Shown here: positions 27,951-37,155 of the stretch, one piece after another
Position numbering within the stretch: position 1 is the first letter of the stretch
Layout of the letters: the number at the start of each line of letters is the position of its first letter
The notes under the pieces: model-generated
Databases searched by the model: none
Seen by the model: the letters and a program-made list of their open reading frames with translations, nothing else
What the model was told of the DNA's origin: nothing
From: Clostridia bacterium
Lineage (GTDB): Bacteria; Bacillota; Clostridia; UBA1212; DUPL01
DNA: 64,000 nucleotides
Assembly (NCBI GenBank): GCA_050951325.1
Contig: JBMNIW010000004.1
Location: forward strand, 96,001 to 160,000
Reading direction: 5' to 3'
Made by a program: the position numbers and the translations under genes

Positions 27951-29595
27951 TCACATGACTCCCTTCAAATATACTCAACCCTTCTTCCATTACTTCTGAA
28001 CTTGCATACCTTGCCAGCTTGTCAAGATAGAAGTCTGATGGAGGCTCCACAAACACCCAATCCTCCCTTTCCATGTCATAACAAACTATCTCCCTAAGGT
28101 GGTACCTTCTTCCAAGAACCAGATCCTTTAACGCCTTTATACCAAGAATGTACAACTTTTTCTCCATCTCCCGCATGTCATCCACATTTGAGCCGAACTC
28201 GCAGTCCTCTCTGTCTATACATATCTCATGTATGCTCATTACCTTAATCCTCCCATCCTTCAGCCTTCCCAGATGAATAATCAAATCAATACTGCCCGCA
28301 ATATCCTCTTCCGCTGTATTCTTGTCGTTGTACATGGATGTCCTAAGCATGAGATTCCGTAGGTTTGGAACAACCTCTTGCGGTGAAAAAGAATGCATTG
28401 TGGCACAAACGCCAGCATTCAACCTCAATGCACTGTTTACAAGCTCCGCCACCTCTTCAGGCATTGTAATCTCACTGACACAAAGGACATCTCTAGATGT
28501 CTTTAAAAGATACGCAAAGCATTCGGAGAGGTTCTTTTTGTCATTCTCCACAAGAGTAATTACATTCTTTGACGGATATTTCCTGCTTACCTGCAGCTCA
28601 TTCTGTGGGTCCAGTATTCCAATTCCCCAGGAATCCGGGTACTTTTCCAGCATGGAAAGTAGAAAAGTGCTCTTTCCCACTCCCATGTCTGAGCCGGTGA
28701 CAAAAAAGCTGCCTCTTCCCGCCTGATTCATAATAAGGAACCTGTAAATCCCATCATTGATTGTGTTATACTTGTCCCTCATTTCTTCAAGAGTAATATT
28801 CTTCAAATTGAATATTCTCTCATTGTAGTACGCATCATCCGTACTGGGAGTTACTTCGTATCCTGCCACACTTATTCTGTTAAAATTGTTCTTGGAAGTT
28901 ACAACAATTGGATTTTGTCTGTCGTAGTTCAGTGATGAGTTCTGCGTTGTTTTCTTCTGAATGTTCAGTATGGTTCCGACACTGTCAAAGGACAAAAACA
29001 CAAGTCTTATCTTTCTACCCTTGTATGTAATATAAACATAATCCTTGTTAAGGACACCTATTTCGTTAATATCCTGGTTCTGCAAACTGTCTATGCAGTC
29101 CTGTCCATAGGCAAACGCATACAAAAGAATGGACAAAAATATGCATCTTTCCCTTTTGCTTTTGTATCTCCTTGTTATTGTGTCATCTTTATCCTCATTC
29201 CTTACTATCTCCCTTAGCTCCACCCAGGTAAGAACGTTTTCCACATGGTATTTGTCAATCATTTCTCCCAATCTTCTATTCTCCAGGAGGAACTCAAACA
29301 CTATCTGCGGTTCGTTGTCCAGAATGTTATCAAAGTTAATTATCCCCACCGTTTCCTTGTCCACATCAAATAGTTTACCGGATGACAACACCCTCACGTA
29401 ATAGTCTATTATATTGTTCCTTGCGTCCGCATCTCCTCTTGCAGCCATATCCTTAAGCTCTGTCATCATATTTATGGCAGACTCCGCCTGTTTCAAATCT
29501 ACATGGTAAACGGACATATACAACTCCACATCCGTAAGTATTCCCGAAACCTTGTTAAGAAGCCTTGTCCACTTTATATCCCTTGAAAGACTCAT
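27943..29595 (-). CDS. CpaF/TadA (VirB11-like) secretion ATPase
   Basis: Walker A GSDMGVGKST, Asp box DPQNEL, Walker B DVLCVSEI, His box ATMHS, IDLIIHL. Confidence 0.8.
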   Translation of the reverse strand: MSLSRDIKWTRLLNKVSGILTDVELYMSVYHVDLKQAESAINMMTELKDMAARGDADARNNIIDYYVRVLSSGKLFDVDKETVGIINFDNILDNEPQIVFEFLLENRRLGEMIDKYHVENVLTWVELREIVRNEDKDDTITRRYKSKRERCIFLSILLYAFAYGQDCIDSLQNQDINEIGVLNKDYVYITYKGRKIRLVFLSFDSVGTILNIQKKTTQNSSLNYDRQNPIVVTSKNNFNRISVAGYEVTPSTDDAYYNERIFNLKNITLEEMRDKYNTINDGIYRFLIMNQAGRGSFFVTGSDMGVGKSTFLLSMLEKYPDSWGIGILDPQNELQVSRKYPSKNVITLVENDKKNLSECFAYLLKTSRDVLCVSEITMPEEVAELVNSALRLNAGVCATMHSFSPQEVVPNLRNLMLRTSMYNDKNTAEEDIAGSIDLIIHLGRLKDGRIKVMSIHEICIDREDCEFGSNVDDMREMEKKLYILGIKALKDLVLGRRYHLREIVCYDMEREDWVFVEPPSDFYLDKLARYASSEVMEEGLSIFEGSHVNG

Positions 29596-30275
29596 GGACC
29601 ACTCACCTTGTTTACAAGATGCAGCCTTGTATCCAAATATCCTGTTAAAAGAGCATTGTTCAGCGTCCTGAACTCCTCTTCATTCACTGCAAGAATTATG
29701 GTGTAAAATCCGTCACTGTCCTTCAAATACTCACATTTGCCATTTACATTGGTACACAATATGTCATAAATCCTAATCCTGCTTATGACTTCCTGGTAGG
29801 AACCGTCCGGGAATCTTGCAATTATGTCCACATAGGTTCCCTTCATTGCAAGTTCTCCCACCAGACTTTTAACTTTGAATTCCTTAAGTCTTCTAGTGCT
29901 TGAGAACTCCTCCTCATCCTGTCCTACAAGGTCAAAAGATATCTGCTGCCCTTTAACAACCGTATACTTCAGCATCCTGTCTTTTATCAAATCAAAATCA
30001 CAAACAGCATTCTCAACGATCAGGTTTGCGGGCACTTTAACAACCTCAAAATTATTCCTGTTCACATCAGTTAGAACCACTCCTGACATAAGAGGGGTTT
30101 CTCCCTTGTATGTCAACACATCAACAAATGCGCCCGTACTCTTTTTATACATCTCCTCGTACACAAGGGATGTTTTCTTCTTAACCTGAGGAATTATCAA
30201 AAAGGTGTACAACGCCGCCAAAAGAGCAAGAGATGCAAGATAAATTGCCACGGTAAAGAAAGCACTCTTCTTCAT
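29592..30275 (-). CDS. CpaB/RcpC-like SAF-domain protein
   Basis: N-terminal TM, SAF-like segment, GTYVDIIARFPDG, IILAVNEEE. Confidence 0.65.
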   Translation of the reverse strand: MKKSAFFTVAIYLASLALLAALYTFLIIPQVKKKTSLVYEEMYKKSTGAFVDVLTYKGETPLMSGVVLTDVNRNNFEVVKVPANLIVENAVCDFDLIKDRMLKYTVVKGQQISFDLVGQDEEEFSSTRRLKEFKVKSLVGELAMKGTYVDIIARFPDGSYQEVISRIRIYDILCTNVNGKCEYLKDSDGFYTIILAVNEEEFRTLNNALLTGYLDTRLHLVNKVSGP

Positions 30276-30279
30276 ACAA

Positions 30280-31851
30280 TCAACCTCCCACCCGCATAAG
30301 CTTTGAAATTACAGTATCATAGCTTGACGCAATGTCGCATACATCATCATTTACATAATAGCTTCCCTTGACATTTCTTGAAACAAGTCTTCTTCTGTCA
30401 TATGGAATTGCGCCCAAATACTTGCTCCTACCCACAATCATGGAAATACCCGACTCAGGAAGACTTACCTTGTCTATGTAATCCCAGGCCACATACCTTA
30501 AATTTTCCTCCGATATGTATCCCTTTTGGGACAACCTGTGGTAATATGCACAGCACAATTGTATGTCGTCAACATTGGCATAAGGAACTGCAATTACATA
30601 GTCTGAATTTAGCATCATTGCATTCTTTACTGGTGACATTAGTCTTTCTTCTGCCGCCACTATTACAAGGTCGAAATTGTTGTATGCCCAGTGACAGAAA
30701 TTCCTCACATCCCTGACATCGTGAATTTCAAGTTCATCAAATATGCCACTTCGTGCAATATATAAATTACTGTTTGCGTCAAAGCTTTTTAAAAGGCCAC
30801 GCCTTACCCATTCTCTTGCGCTTCTGCCAAGATACGTCTTCATCCCATAATTCAGGCTGAAGATATCGCTCTCCGATACATAGGATGCATTTGATGTGCC
30901 GGAAAGATAATATGTAATAATATTATCCGTATCTGCAAGTTCGAATATGGCTGTTTTGTAATTCAGGAAAGTAGCCGCCACATACGCAAGCTCGCAGGCA
31001 AAACCCATGTTCCCATCCACTGTAACAACAATTCTCTTGTACCGGTTTACATATCTCACACTATTTATTTTTGCATTCACAGAAGTACGGGCATTTTTCT
31101 CCCCTTCTTTAAGGAGTTTAATCTCCCTCTTAAGCTCTTTCACATCAGCAAACCTGTCTTCTGGCTCAAACTTCATGCATTTCTCAAGAACTTTTCCAAA
31201 CTTCCCATATTCCTTAAGTCTCTTTCTGTTTACAGGAGGTTTTCCGGACATTGAATAAAGAAGCACTGCGCCTATTGAGTAAATGTCACTTGACAGCATG
31301 GGCTTGCCATACAAAACCTCCGGCGCTGAATATATTTCAGTCCCAAGAACCTTTGTCGTATATTCCTCAATATTCACCGCATTTTCTGATATGTGATAAG
31401 AAGCTTCAAAGTCGCAAATCCAGATTCTTTCAAGCTTTGAATCCACCAGGATATTGGACGGCTTCAAATCTACAAAAGCGTAGGGACCATCGGAGTGTTC
31501 ATGCATTTTTTCAATTACGTCGCACAGAAGCAAACCAAAATCCATGCATTGTTTTCCATCAATGCATCCTTTTTCTTTTATGTACTCTTCCAAGGTAATG
31601 GCCTCAATCCATTCACGGACAAGATACCGAAAATCACCTTCTTCGAAGCTGCATATGAACTTCGGAACAAAATCAAAGGAGAATGAACTAACTACTTTAA
31701 CCTCATTAACTCCACAAAGGTCATCACGGTCCCAACGCTTGATGCAAACTTCCTTGTCTGTTGCCATATCAATCGCCCGCTTAACCTTATCAGACGATGT
31801 ATCGTCAATAACCCTAAAGCGCTCACTCAAGCATACTTTCAGCTCACTCAC
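30280..31851 (-). CDS. Ser/Thr protein kinase fused to a degenerate MinD/ParA (CpaE/TadZ-like) domain
   Basis: VCIK, DLKPSN, DFE, GTEIYSAPE and SDIYSIG kinase motifs. The C-terminus (FACELAY, FDLVIV, SDYVIAVPYAN) resembles MinD/CpaE without a P-loop. GTG start at 31851 after AGGTGG. Confidence 0.75.
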   Translation of the reverse strand: MSELKVCLSERFRVIDDTSSDKVKRAIDMATDKEVCIKRWDRDDLCGVNEVKVVSSFSFDFVPKFICSFEEGDFRYLVREWIEAITLEEYIKEKGCIDGKQCMDFGLLLCDVIEKMHEHSDGPYAFVDLKPSNILVDSKLERIWICDFEASYHISENAVNIEEYTTKVLGTEIYSAPEVLYGKPMLSSDIYSIGAVLLYSMSGKPPVNRKRLKEYGKFGKVLEKCMKFEPEDRFADVKELKREIKLLKEGEKNARTSVNAKINSVRYVNRYKRIVVTVDGNMGFACELAYVAATFLNYKTAIFELADTDNIITYYLSGTSNASYVSESDIFSLNYGMKTYLGRSAREWVRRGLLKSFDANSNLYIARSGIFDELEIHDVRDVRNFCHWAYNNFDLVIVAAEERLMSPVKNAMMLNSDYVIAVPYANVDDIQLCCAYYHRLSQKGYISEENLRYVAWDYIDKVSLPESGISMIVGRSKYLGAIPYDRRRLVSRNVKGSYYVNDDVCDIASSYDTVISKLMRVGG

Positions 31852-31887
31852 GAATAACCACCTGCTTCGGTTTTTAGTCACAAATTA

Positions 31888-31916
31888 ATGATATCAGGTG
31901 TTTTTTTCTAAGTCCA
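31888..31916 (-). promoter_or_regulatory. sigmaA-type promoter of the Tad-like operon
   Basis: TGGACT-17nt-TATCAT with TG extension. Confidence 0.6.
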
Positions 31917-31967
31917 GCTTGGGCTTATTTCCCAAAAGTGATTTTTAGTTTTGCATTGTATGTAAAT

Positions 31968-32004
31968 AAAAAAACACCGTATCCTCCAAGAAATACGGTG
32001 AAAA
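31968..32004 (-). terminator. Intrinsic terminator after cwlD
   Basis: CACCGTAT...ATACGGTG stem followed by a T-tract on the minus strand. Confidence 0.75.
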
Positions 32005-32061
32005 GGCTTTGGATTATTTCCCAAAACGCCATATTTTGTTTTTTATGAGTAAAAATTTTTA

Positions 32062-32859
32062 TTAATTTGGTTTGGAAGTTGCATTTGGCTTTGATGAGGG
32101 ACCTGGTTTTGGTACATTAACTGTAAAATATTTGTCTATACCCAGCTTTATAGCATTTGCAAGCTTGGTCTGATATGCCTCGTCTATTAACTTCTTCTCT
32201 TCCGCCTCATTAGACAGGAAGCCGCATTCAACTATAACTGTTGTAACCTTGCAATCCTTTGTGATGATAATGTCCTCGCTCTTCATAAGCGCTTCCCTCT
32301 TGTTGGAGGGATCCACATTCTCCCTCAAGGCATCCTGTATGCTAATTGCAAGCTTTTTGCTGGCAGGAGAATTCTTTGTATAGAAGACTTGTGCTCCGGA
32401 ATACTTCGTCTGCTTGAACCCATTCATATGAATACTTATAACAATATCGGCATTGGACTCATCCATTAATTTCTTCCTATGCAGCAAATCCTGCCTTCTT
32501 TTTGCAGTATTGGACAGATTATCCCCTTCATAAACCAGAACATCTTCCGTCCTTGTCATAATTACGGTATACCCTGCTTTCTCAAGCAATTCCTTGAGCT
32601 TGAAAGCAATTGCAAGATTCAAATCCTTTTCCTTGGCCCCGCTGTACATGCTTGTGGCACCAGGATCTTCACCACCATGCCCCGGATCCAGAACAACCAC
32701 TTTTCCTTTAGTGTTTAATGTAGGTATTGTGGATGCTTCCACGCCATCCTTCTTGTTGCTTAGTCCCAAATTAACACCAACAATACCGAGTACAAGTACA
32801 AATATCAGAACACTCAGCATTATGTTGCTTCTTTTCAATATTACTATCAATGATGACAC
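32062..32859 (-). CDS. cwlD: N-acetylmuramoyl-L-alanine amidase (CwlD-like)
   Basis: N-terminal TM, LDPGHGG, EKDLNL, ISIHMN, GAQVFY, VECGFLSN. Confidence 0.8.
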   Translation of the reverse strand: MSSLIVILKRSNIMLSVLIFVLVLGIVGVNLGLSNKKDGVEASTIPTLNTKGKVVVLDPGHGGEDPGATSMYSGAKEKDLNLAIAFKLKELLEKAGYTVIMTRTEDVLVYEGDNLSNTAKRRQDLLHRKKLMDESNADIVISIHMNGFKQTKYSGAQVFYTKNSPASKKLAISIQDALRENVDPSNKREALMKSEDIIITKDCKVTTVIVECGFLSNEAEEKKLIDEAYQTKLANAIKLGIDKYFTVNVPKPGPSSKPNATSKPN

Positions 32860-32909
32860 CCCCTGTCATACCTTTTGATAAAGCATATTCATAAGGGAGT
32901 GTAAATATA

Positions 32910-33821
32910 CTAGAAAATTTTCAAATCTTCAACATTTCCGCCCATTTGCTCTATGGTGTTAACCACACTGAAAAAGTACCAATTCTGTTCTTTCCTTTCC
33001 TCTTCGCTCATCTCGGTACTTATCACAATTCTATCTCTAAGATCTATGGCATACTTCCTTAAAAGAGGAACGGCTCTGGAATCACCGTAATCAGCTAACA
33101 TATAGACAACGATATGTTTTACACTATCATCGTTTATACTCTTGAAGCATCTTCTCAGACATCTGTATGTATCATCACTTTTATGTTTTGTTATTGCATG
33201 TAGAAGATTCAGATACTTCATATCAATTTCATCAATATCATTTAGAAAACCAATCACCTTGTCAAAAGCCTGCATTGTAACAAGGCTTTCAACAATATAT
33301 TCCAGAATATTGTCATTGGCAGGATGGCACTTCTTGATACCTTCCAAAAGGTCATCCACCAAATCCTCATAAGCCTGGCTTAAAACCACCGCCTGCCTAT
33401 ATATTTCAAAAGCCTCATATTCATCCTTATCATTGTAAACCTCATTATATGGCTTTGCAATCACATCATCTTGCAGTATATTTTTCACACAGGGCTTGGT
33501 ATACTCAATTTCACTCAAGTAGTCAACAAAAAACCTGGGGGCCAGAATAATAAGATTTAGAGAGACAAGCTTTATAACTTCATATGTCTCTTCCTCGTTT
33601 TCAGGTTTCTTTATACTGTACAAGTACTCCTTAGGAATACCACCCAATTCTTCATTAAAAGTATTAAACCATTTTTCCGTAATTTCATCGAAATATTCGG
33701 TGTAATCGTCAAGACTGCCATCAAAACTTTCCAGCATTTCACTATTATGATACGGATTAATATCAGATATATATTTCGCATACTGCTTTACAAGTGTTTC
33801 CATCGTTCTGTTATCTTCCAT
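32910..33821 (-). CDS. Hypothetical protein with C-terminal HEAT-like repeat
   Basis: Start at MEDNRT after AAAGGAG; LADYGDSRAVPLLR. Confidence 0.7.
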   Translation of the reverse strand: MEDNRTMETLVKQYAKYISDINPYHNSEMLESFDGSLDDYTEYFDEITEKWFNTFNEELGGIPKEYLYSIKKPENEEETYEVIKLVSLNLIILAPRFFVDYLSEIEYTKPCVKNILQDDVIAKPYNEVYNDKDEYEAFEIYRQAVVLSQAYEDLVDDLLEGIKKCHPANDNILEYIVESLVTMQAFDKVIGFLNDIDEIDMKYLNLLHAITKHKSDDTYRCLRRCFKSINDDSVKHIVVYMLADYGDSRAVPLLRKYAIDLRDRIVISTEMSEEERKEQNWYFFSVVNTIEQMGGNVEDLKIF

Positions 33822-33822
33822 C

Positions 33823-34401
33823 TTAGTCTCCTTTGTAAACAAGCTTCTTCTTAATGTCATCAAAATTCTTATTTAAGAATTTCTTACCCCTGTATCCTCT
33901 CAAGTAACCAAAACCTGCCGTAGGAATTACCAAAAGACCAGGCACAATGCTGGTTAGATAATTGACCCTTGGTACAACATTCGGGTCAAAAATCTGGTAC
34001 AGCCAGTAAAACGGCATGTACAGTATGATTCTTACATAGTTGTTTACGTTGTTTATAACGAGGTGGGGATGCTGTACAATAAAGTACTTGTCAGCTATAA
34101 GTATCATAATAACTTCAGCCAGCACCACCAACACGAATCCAACAGAAGCACATACAAAACCTTTGCCTTCGTAAGTTGCACCAATATCCGGGCTTCTGTC
34201 CTTCTCTCCCAAATCATAGAGATTGATGTATATGAAGGAAAGAAGCACCAAGGTTGTTATTATCGAATATATTGACTGTGAAATCGCAAGAGGCACTGCA
34301 AATGTGAGGTGTATAAGCACCGGGTATGAAGCCCAACTCAGAAAAACACCTAACAGGTAGCAGTATATAAACATTTTTACAACTCGAATATGACCTTTCA
34401 T
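33823..34401 (-). CDS. Hypothetical integral membrane protein
   Basis: About 4-5 hydrophobic segments. Confidence 0.7.
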   Translation of the reverse strand: MKGHIRVVKMFIYCYLLGVFLSWASYPVLIHLTFAVPLAISQSIYSIITTLVLLSFIYINLYDLGEKDRSPDIGATYEGKGFVCASVGFVLVVLAEVIMILIADKYFIVQHPHLVINNVNNYVRIILYMPFYWLYQIFDPNVVPRVNYLTSIVPGLLVIPTAGFGYLRGYRGKKFLNKNFDDIKKKLVYKGD

Positions 34402-34461
34402 AAAACCACCAGTTAATCTTCCATTTTAATACTATAGTATTCCTAATATACAGGAATATAT

Positions 34462-36981
34462 TTACCTTATTACCACTTTACCTCTCTCGTCCATGTACAA
34501 AAGCTTTCTGGCAGTTAGATAAATGGGTATTCCGTTTAGAATGACGCCTTCTTTCTTGAGCCAGTTCCTTACTTCAACAAGAGACTTGAAAGGCTTTTGT
34601 TCGTGTTGCAGCTTGATAATCCATCTTACTATTTCCTTGTAGTCATCGGCATATGGATTGTCGGACTTTACAAAGATACAGTTTGGCAAATTGAAATTTC
34701 TCGTAGGTATTTCCACAATGTTGATGTACTGCATGTAGTTTTGCACTATCGATATCAACAAAAACGGAGTCCACTCAACACCCAAATCAGGAAACGCGGA
34801 AAAATCCTTAATGCCTATCAAAGCCATATACTTCTTTTCCTCGAGTATGTTCAACACTTCCAGCTTAATGGCAGTAAGCTTGTCCTCTGTCAAACCAAGT
34901 TTTGAAACATGGACAAGTTTGTTTACATCACTTCTTAAAAACTCATCAGACAAACGACTTATAAGTTTTGCCTTCTTCACAATCTTTATCTGATTATCCT
35001 CGCAAAACTCGAAAAGTTCGTTTATCTTAATTTCCTGCTTATCCCTCAAATATCTTTTCACTATTGTATAATTGCATGCATCATTCGTGCCTTTTGCACC
35101 TATGTTTGGTCTTGAAAATTCATATTCTTCCTCAAACATATACTTAAGTATACCATAAAGTTTTGAATAGTTGGTAATACTATTTCTTTTTATAAAATCC
35201 GCAAAAGCAGATTCTTTTCGTATGACCCCGTATACCTTTCTGCAGGATACCGGTATCCCTTTGATAAGCTCGTCCAGCTTCTCACGAAGATTGATATAAT
35301 CTTCCTGAGTTATGTTCAACCTGTCTGAATGCATGTATGTGTTGTAGTCTATTGTAATAATGTCCTTGCATCTTGCCATGGTCTGGGCCATCATGGAATC
35401 GGAAGTTCCCATGAAGTAGCTTTTTAGATCCTTCTTGGTCACCTCTCCATTTTTCCTTATGAACTCCTTCAACTCATATGCAAAATCTATGCCCCGGTCT
35501 TTGGATATCAAATCCTTGGTAAAGTAATACTTGTTTTTGAGCTTGTACTTCAAAAACCCTTGCAGGAAATATCTGTTGTCAATATTCGACCTTGCGAGAA
35601 GCTCTTCCTTGAAGGCTTCAAATACCTCAAGATATGACAGCGCAACCCTGTCGCTTTCATCAATAAACTCCTCTATCCTCTGAACAAGGTCGTCGGGTAT
35701 GTATATGTAATCAGGATGAATGTAGGTACTCCTGTCACACAATACCGTAATTTCTACAATGCGTGCCTCCACAGCCTTGTTGGACTGCGGCAGTTTTATA
35801 TTCCCAAAGATATCCGTAATTCTTCTTCTAAATATCTCCATTTCCTCTTCATCCGAAACCTTGATTCCAAGAGGATAATATTTCTTCATGACAACCTCGT
35901 ACTTGTCAGCAAGACTCATCTGGTTGTTGCAGTAAACCGTATCAAAGCATGTGTAGTTCTTTTCAATAACTTTTTCAACCAGAAGTGCAGGAATTTCAAG
36001 CTCTTTCGAAGTCTCTTCCACTACTTCATACAGCTCATCGCTCTTGAAATACGGAAGTGCCTCCGACATGTATTTTTCAATATTGATATAGCTGAAATCG
36101 CCCGTCATTGAAAACAGACCGTACTTCTTGTTGTAACTCTGATGAGGCTTTAATGTGCTTTTGAGCAGGTATATGAATATGTCAACAATACTGTCATCAA
36201 CCATATTGGTTATGACATTCTCAAGAGCAATATCAGTATTGTCTGAAATAGCTGCAAAAAGGTTAAGAAACCTCTTTCTTTTGTCGCATTGTACAAAACC
36301 CTTGAACATAATCTCTTCCAGCTGTCTTACCCTCTCTCTAGTAATACCGCTGTCCCTGCCAACATCCTCCAATGGTCTGCCCTGAGAGCGACTTTGCAGT
36401 ATGTACATACACCTTTCAGTACCTGCAATCTTTTCCAGAGCATCACTTACCATGTCGTTGACATCAACACTCAAATACCTGACAAAGCTTTTTACAACAA
36501 GCATCTCTTTCTCATCGCACTCAAATTCCTTTATGACTTTTTCAATATCTGACACGTACTCAAGCACACCAAAATATCTGTTAAGAACTTCCAGCGAATG
36601 GATGTTGTCAGTATATGCGATAATATACGGCTTGAGTTTTCTCTGTTTAACATGGTCGGGAATTGTTTCGAAATGACTCAAAAGAAAATGGGTATCCCCC
36701 ATGCCTTGATCATTCAATAGTTTCTGGGAATTCCTGTCTATAGCATTGACCTTTTCCCTGATTTCCTTCAAACTACCCTTCCCCAGTCTGCTGATAGACA
36801 AAAGATCTTCGTCAGGCATTTCCTTAATATCATTTACAATTATAATATTATTCTCAATCAAACAGTTGTACGCTCTAGTAGACAAAAAAAGATCCTCAAT
36901 GGTAAGTTCGCCTTTTGCATATATTTCCGCAATTTGTGGGTCGATATATTCTTCATTTCGTTTTATAGTTAGTTTTTTCAA
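34462..36981 (-). CDS. RNA polymerase alpha-CTD plus sigma70 region-4 domain protein (839 aa)
   Basis: TIEDLFLSTRAYNCL...LLSISRLGKGSLKEI (alpha-CTD) and GRPLEDVGRDSGITRERVRQLE (sigma region-4 HTH). Confidence 0.85.
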   Translation of the reverse strand: MKKLTIKRNEEYIDPQIAEIYAKGELTIEDLFLSTRAYNCLIENNIIIVNDIKEMPDEDLLSISRLGKGSLKEIREKVNAIDRNSQKLLNDQGMGDTHFLLSHFETIPDHVKQRKLKPYIIAYTDNIHSLEVLNRYFGVLEYVSDIEKVIKEFECDEKEMLVVKSFVRYLSVDVNDMVSDALEKIAGTERCMYILQSRSQGRPLEDVGRDSGITRERVRQLEEIMFKGFVQCDKRKRFLNLFAAISDNTDIALENVITNMVDDSIVDIFIYLLKSTLKPHQSYNKKYGLFSMTGDFSYINIEKYMSEALPYFKSDELYEVVEETSKELEIPALLVEKVIEKNYTCFDTVYCNNQMSLADKYEVVMKKYYPLGIKVSDEEEMEIFRRRITDIFGNIKLPQSNKAVEARIVEITVLCDRSTYIHPDYIYIPDDLVQRIEEFIDESDRVALSYLEVFEAFKEELLARSNIDNRYFLQGFLKYKLKNKYYFTKDLISKDRGIDFAYELKEFIRKNGEVTKKDLKSYFMGTSDSMMAQTMARCKDIITIDYNTYMHSDRLNITQEDYINLREKLDELIKGIPVSCRKVYGVIRKESAFADFIKRNSITNYSKLYGILKYMFEEEYEFSRPNIGAKGTNDACNYTIVKRYLRDKQEIKINELFEFCEDNQIKIVKKAKLISRLSDEFLRSDVNKLVHVSKLGLTEDKLTAIKLEVLNILEEKKYMALIGIKDFSAFPDLGVEWTPFLLISIVQNYMQYINIVEIPTRNFNLPNCIFVKSDNPYADDYKEIVRWIIKLQHEQKPFKSLVEVRNWLKKEGVILNGIPIYLTARKLLYMDERGKVVIR

Positions 36982-37155
36982 AAACTTTCAACCTCTTTCT
37001 GGATTATGGAAAGAAAAAATACAAACAAATCAATTCTACCACAGGAGGTACCTTTTATCAAGAAAGATTAAGCAAGTGAAATCAAACGTTTATATTGCAT
37101 TTTCAATTTATTAATGGTATTATTAACTAAAATATGGAAGACAAGGTGGCTAATA

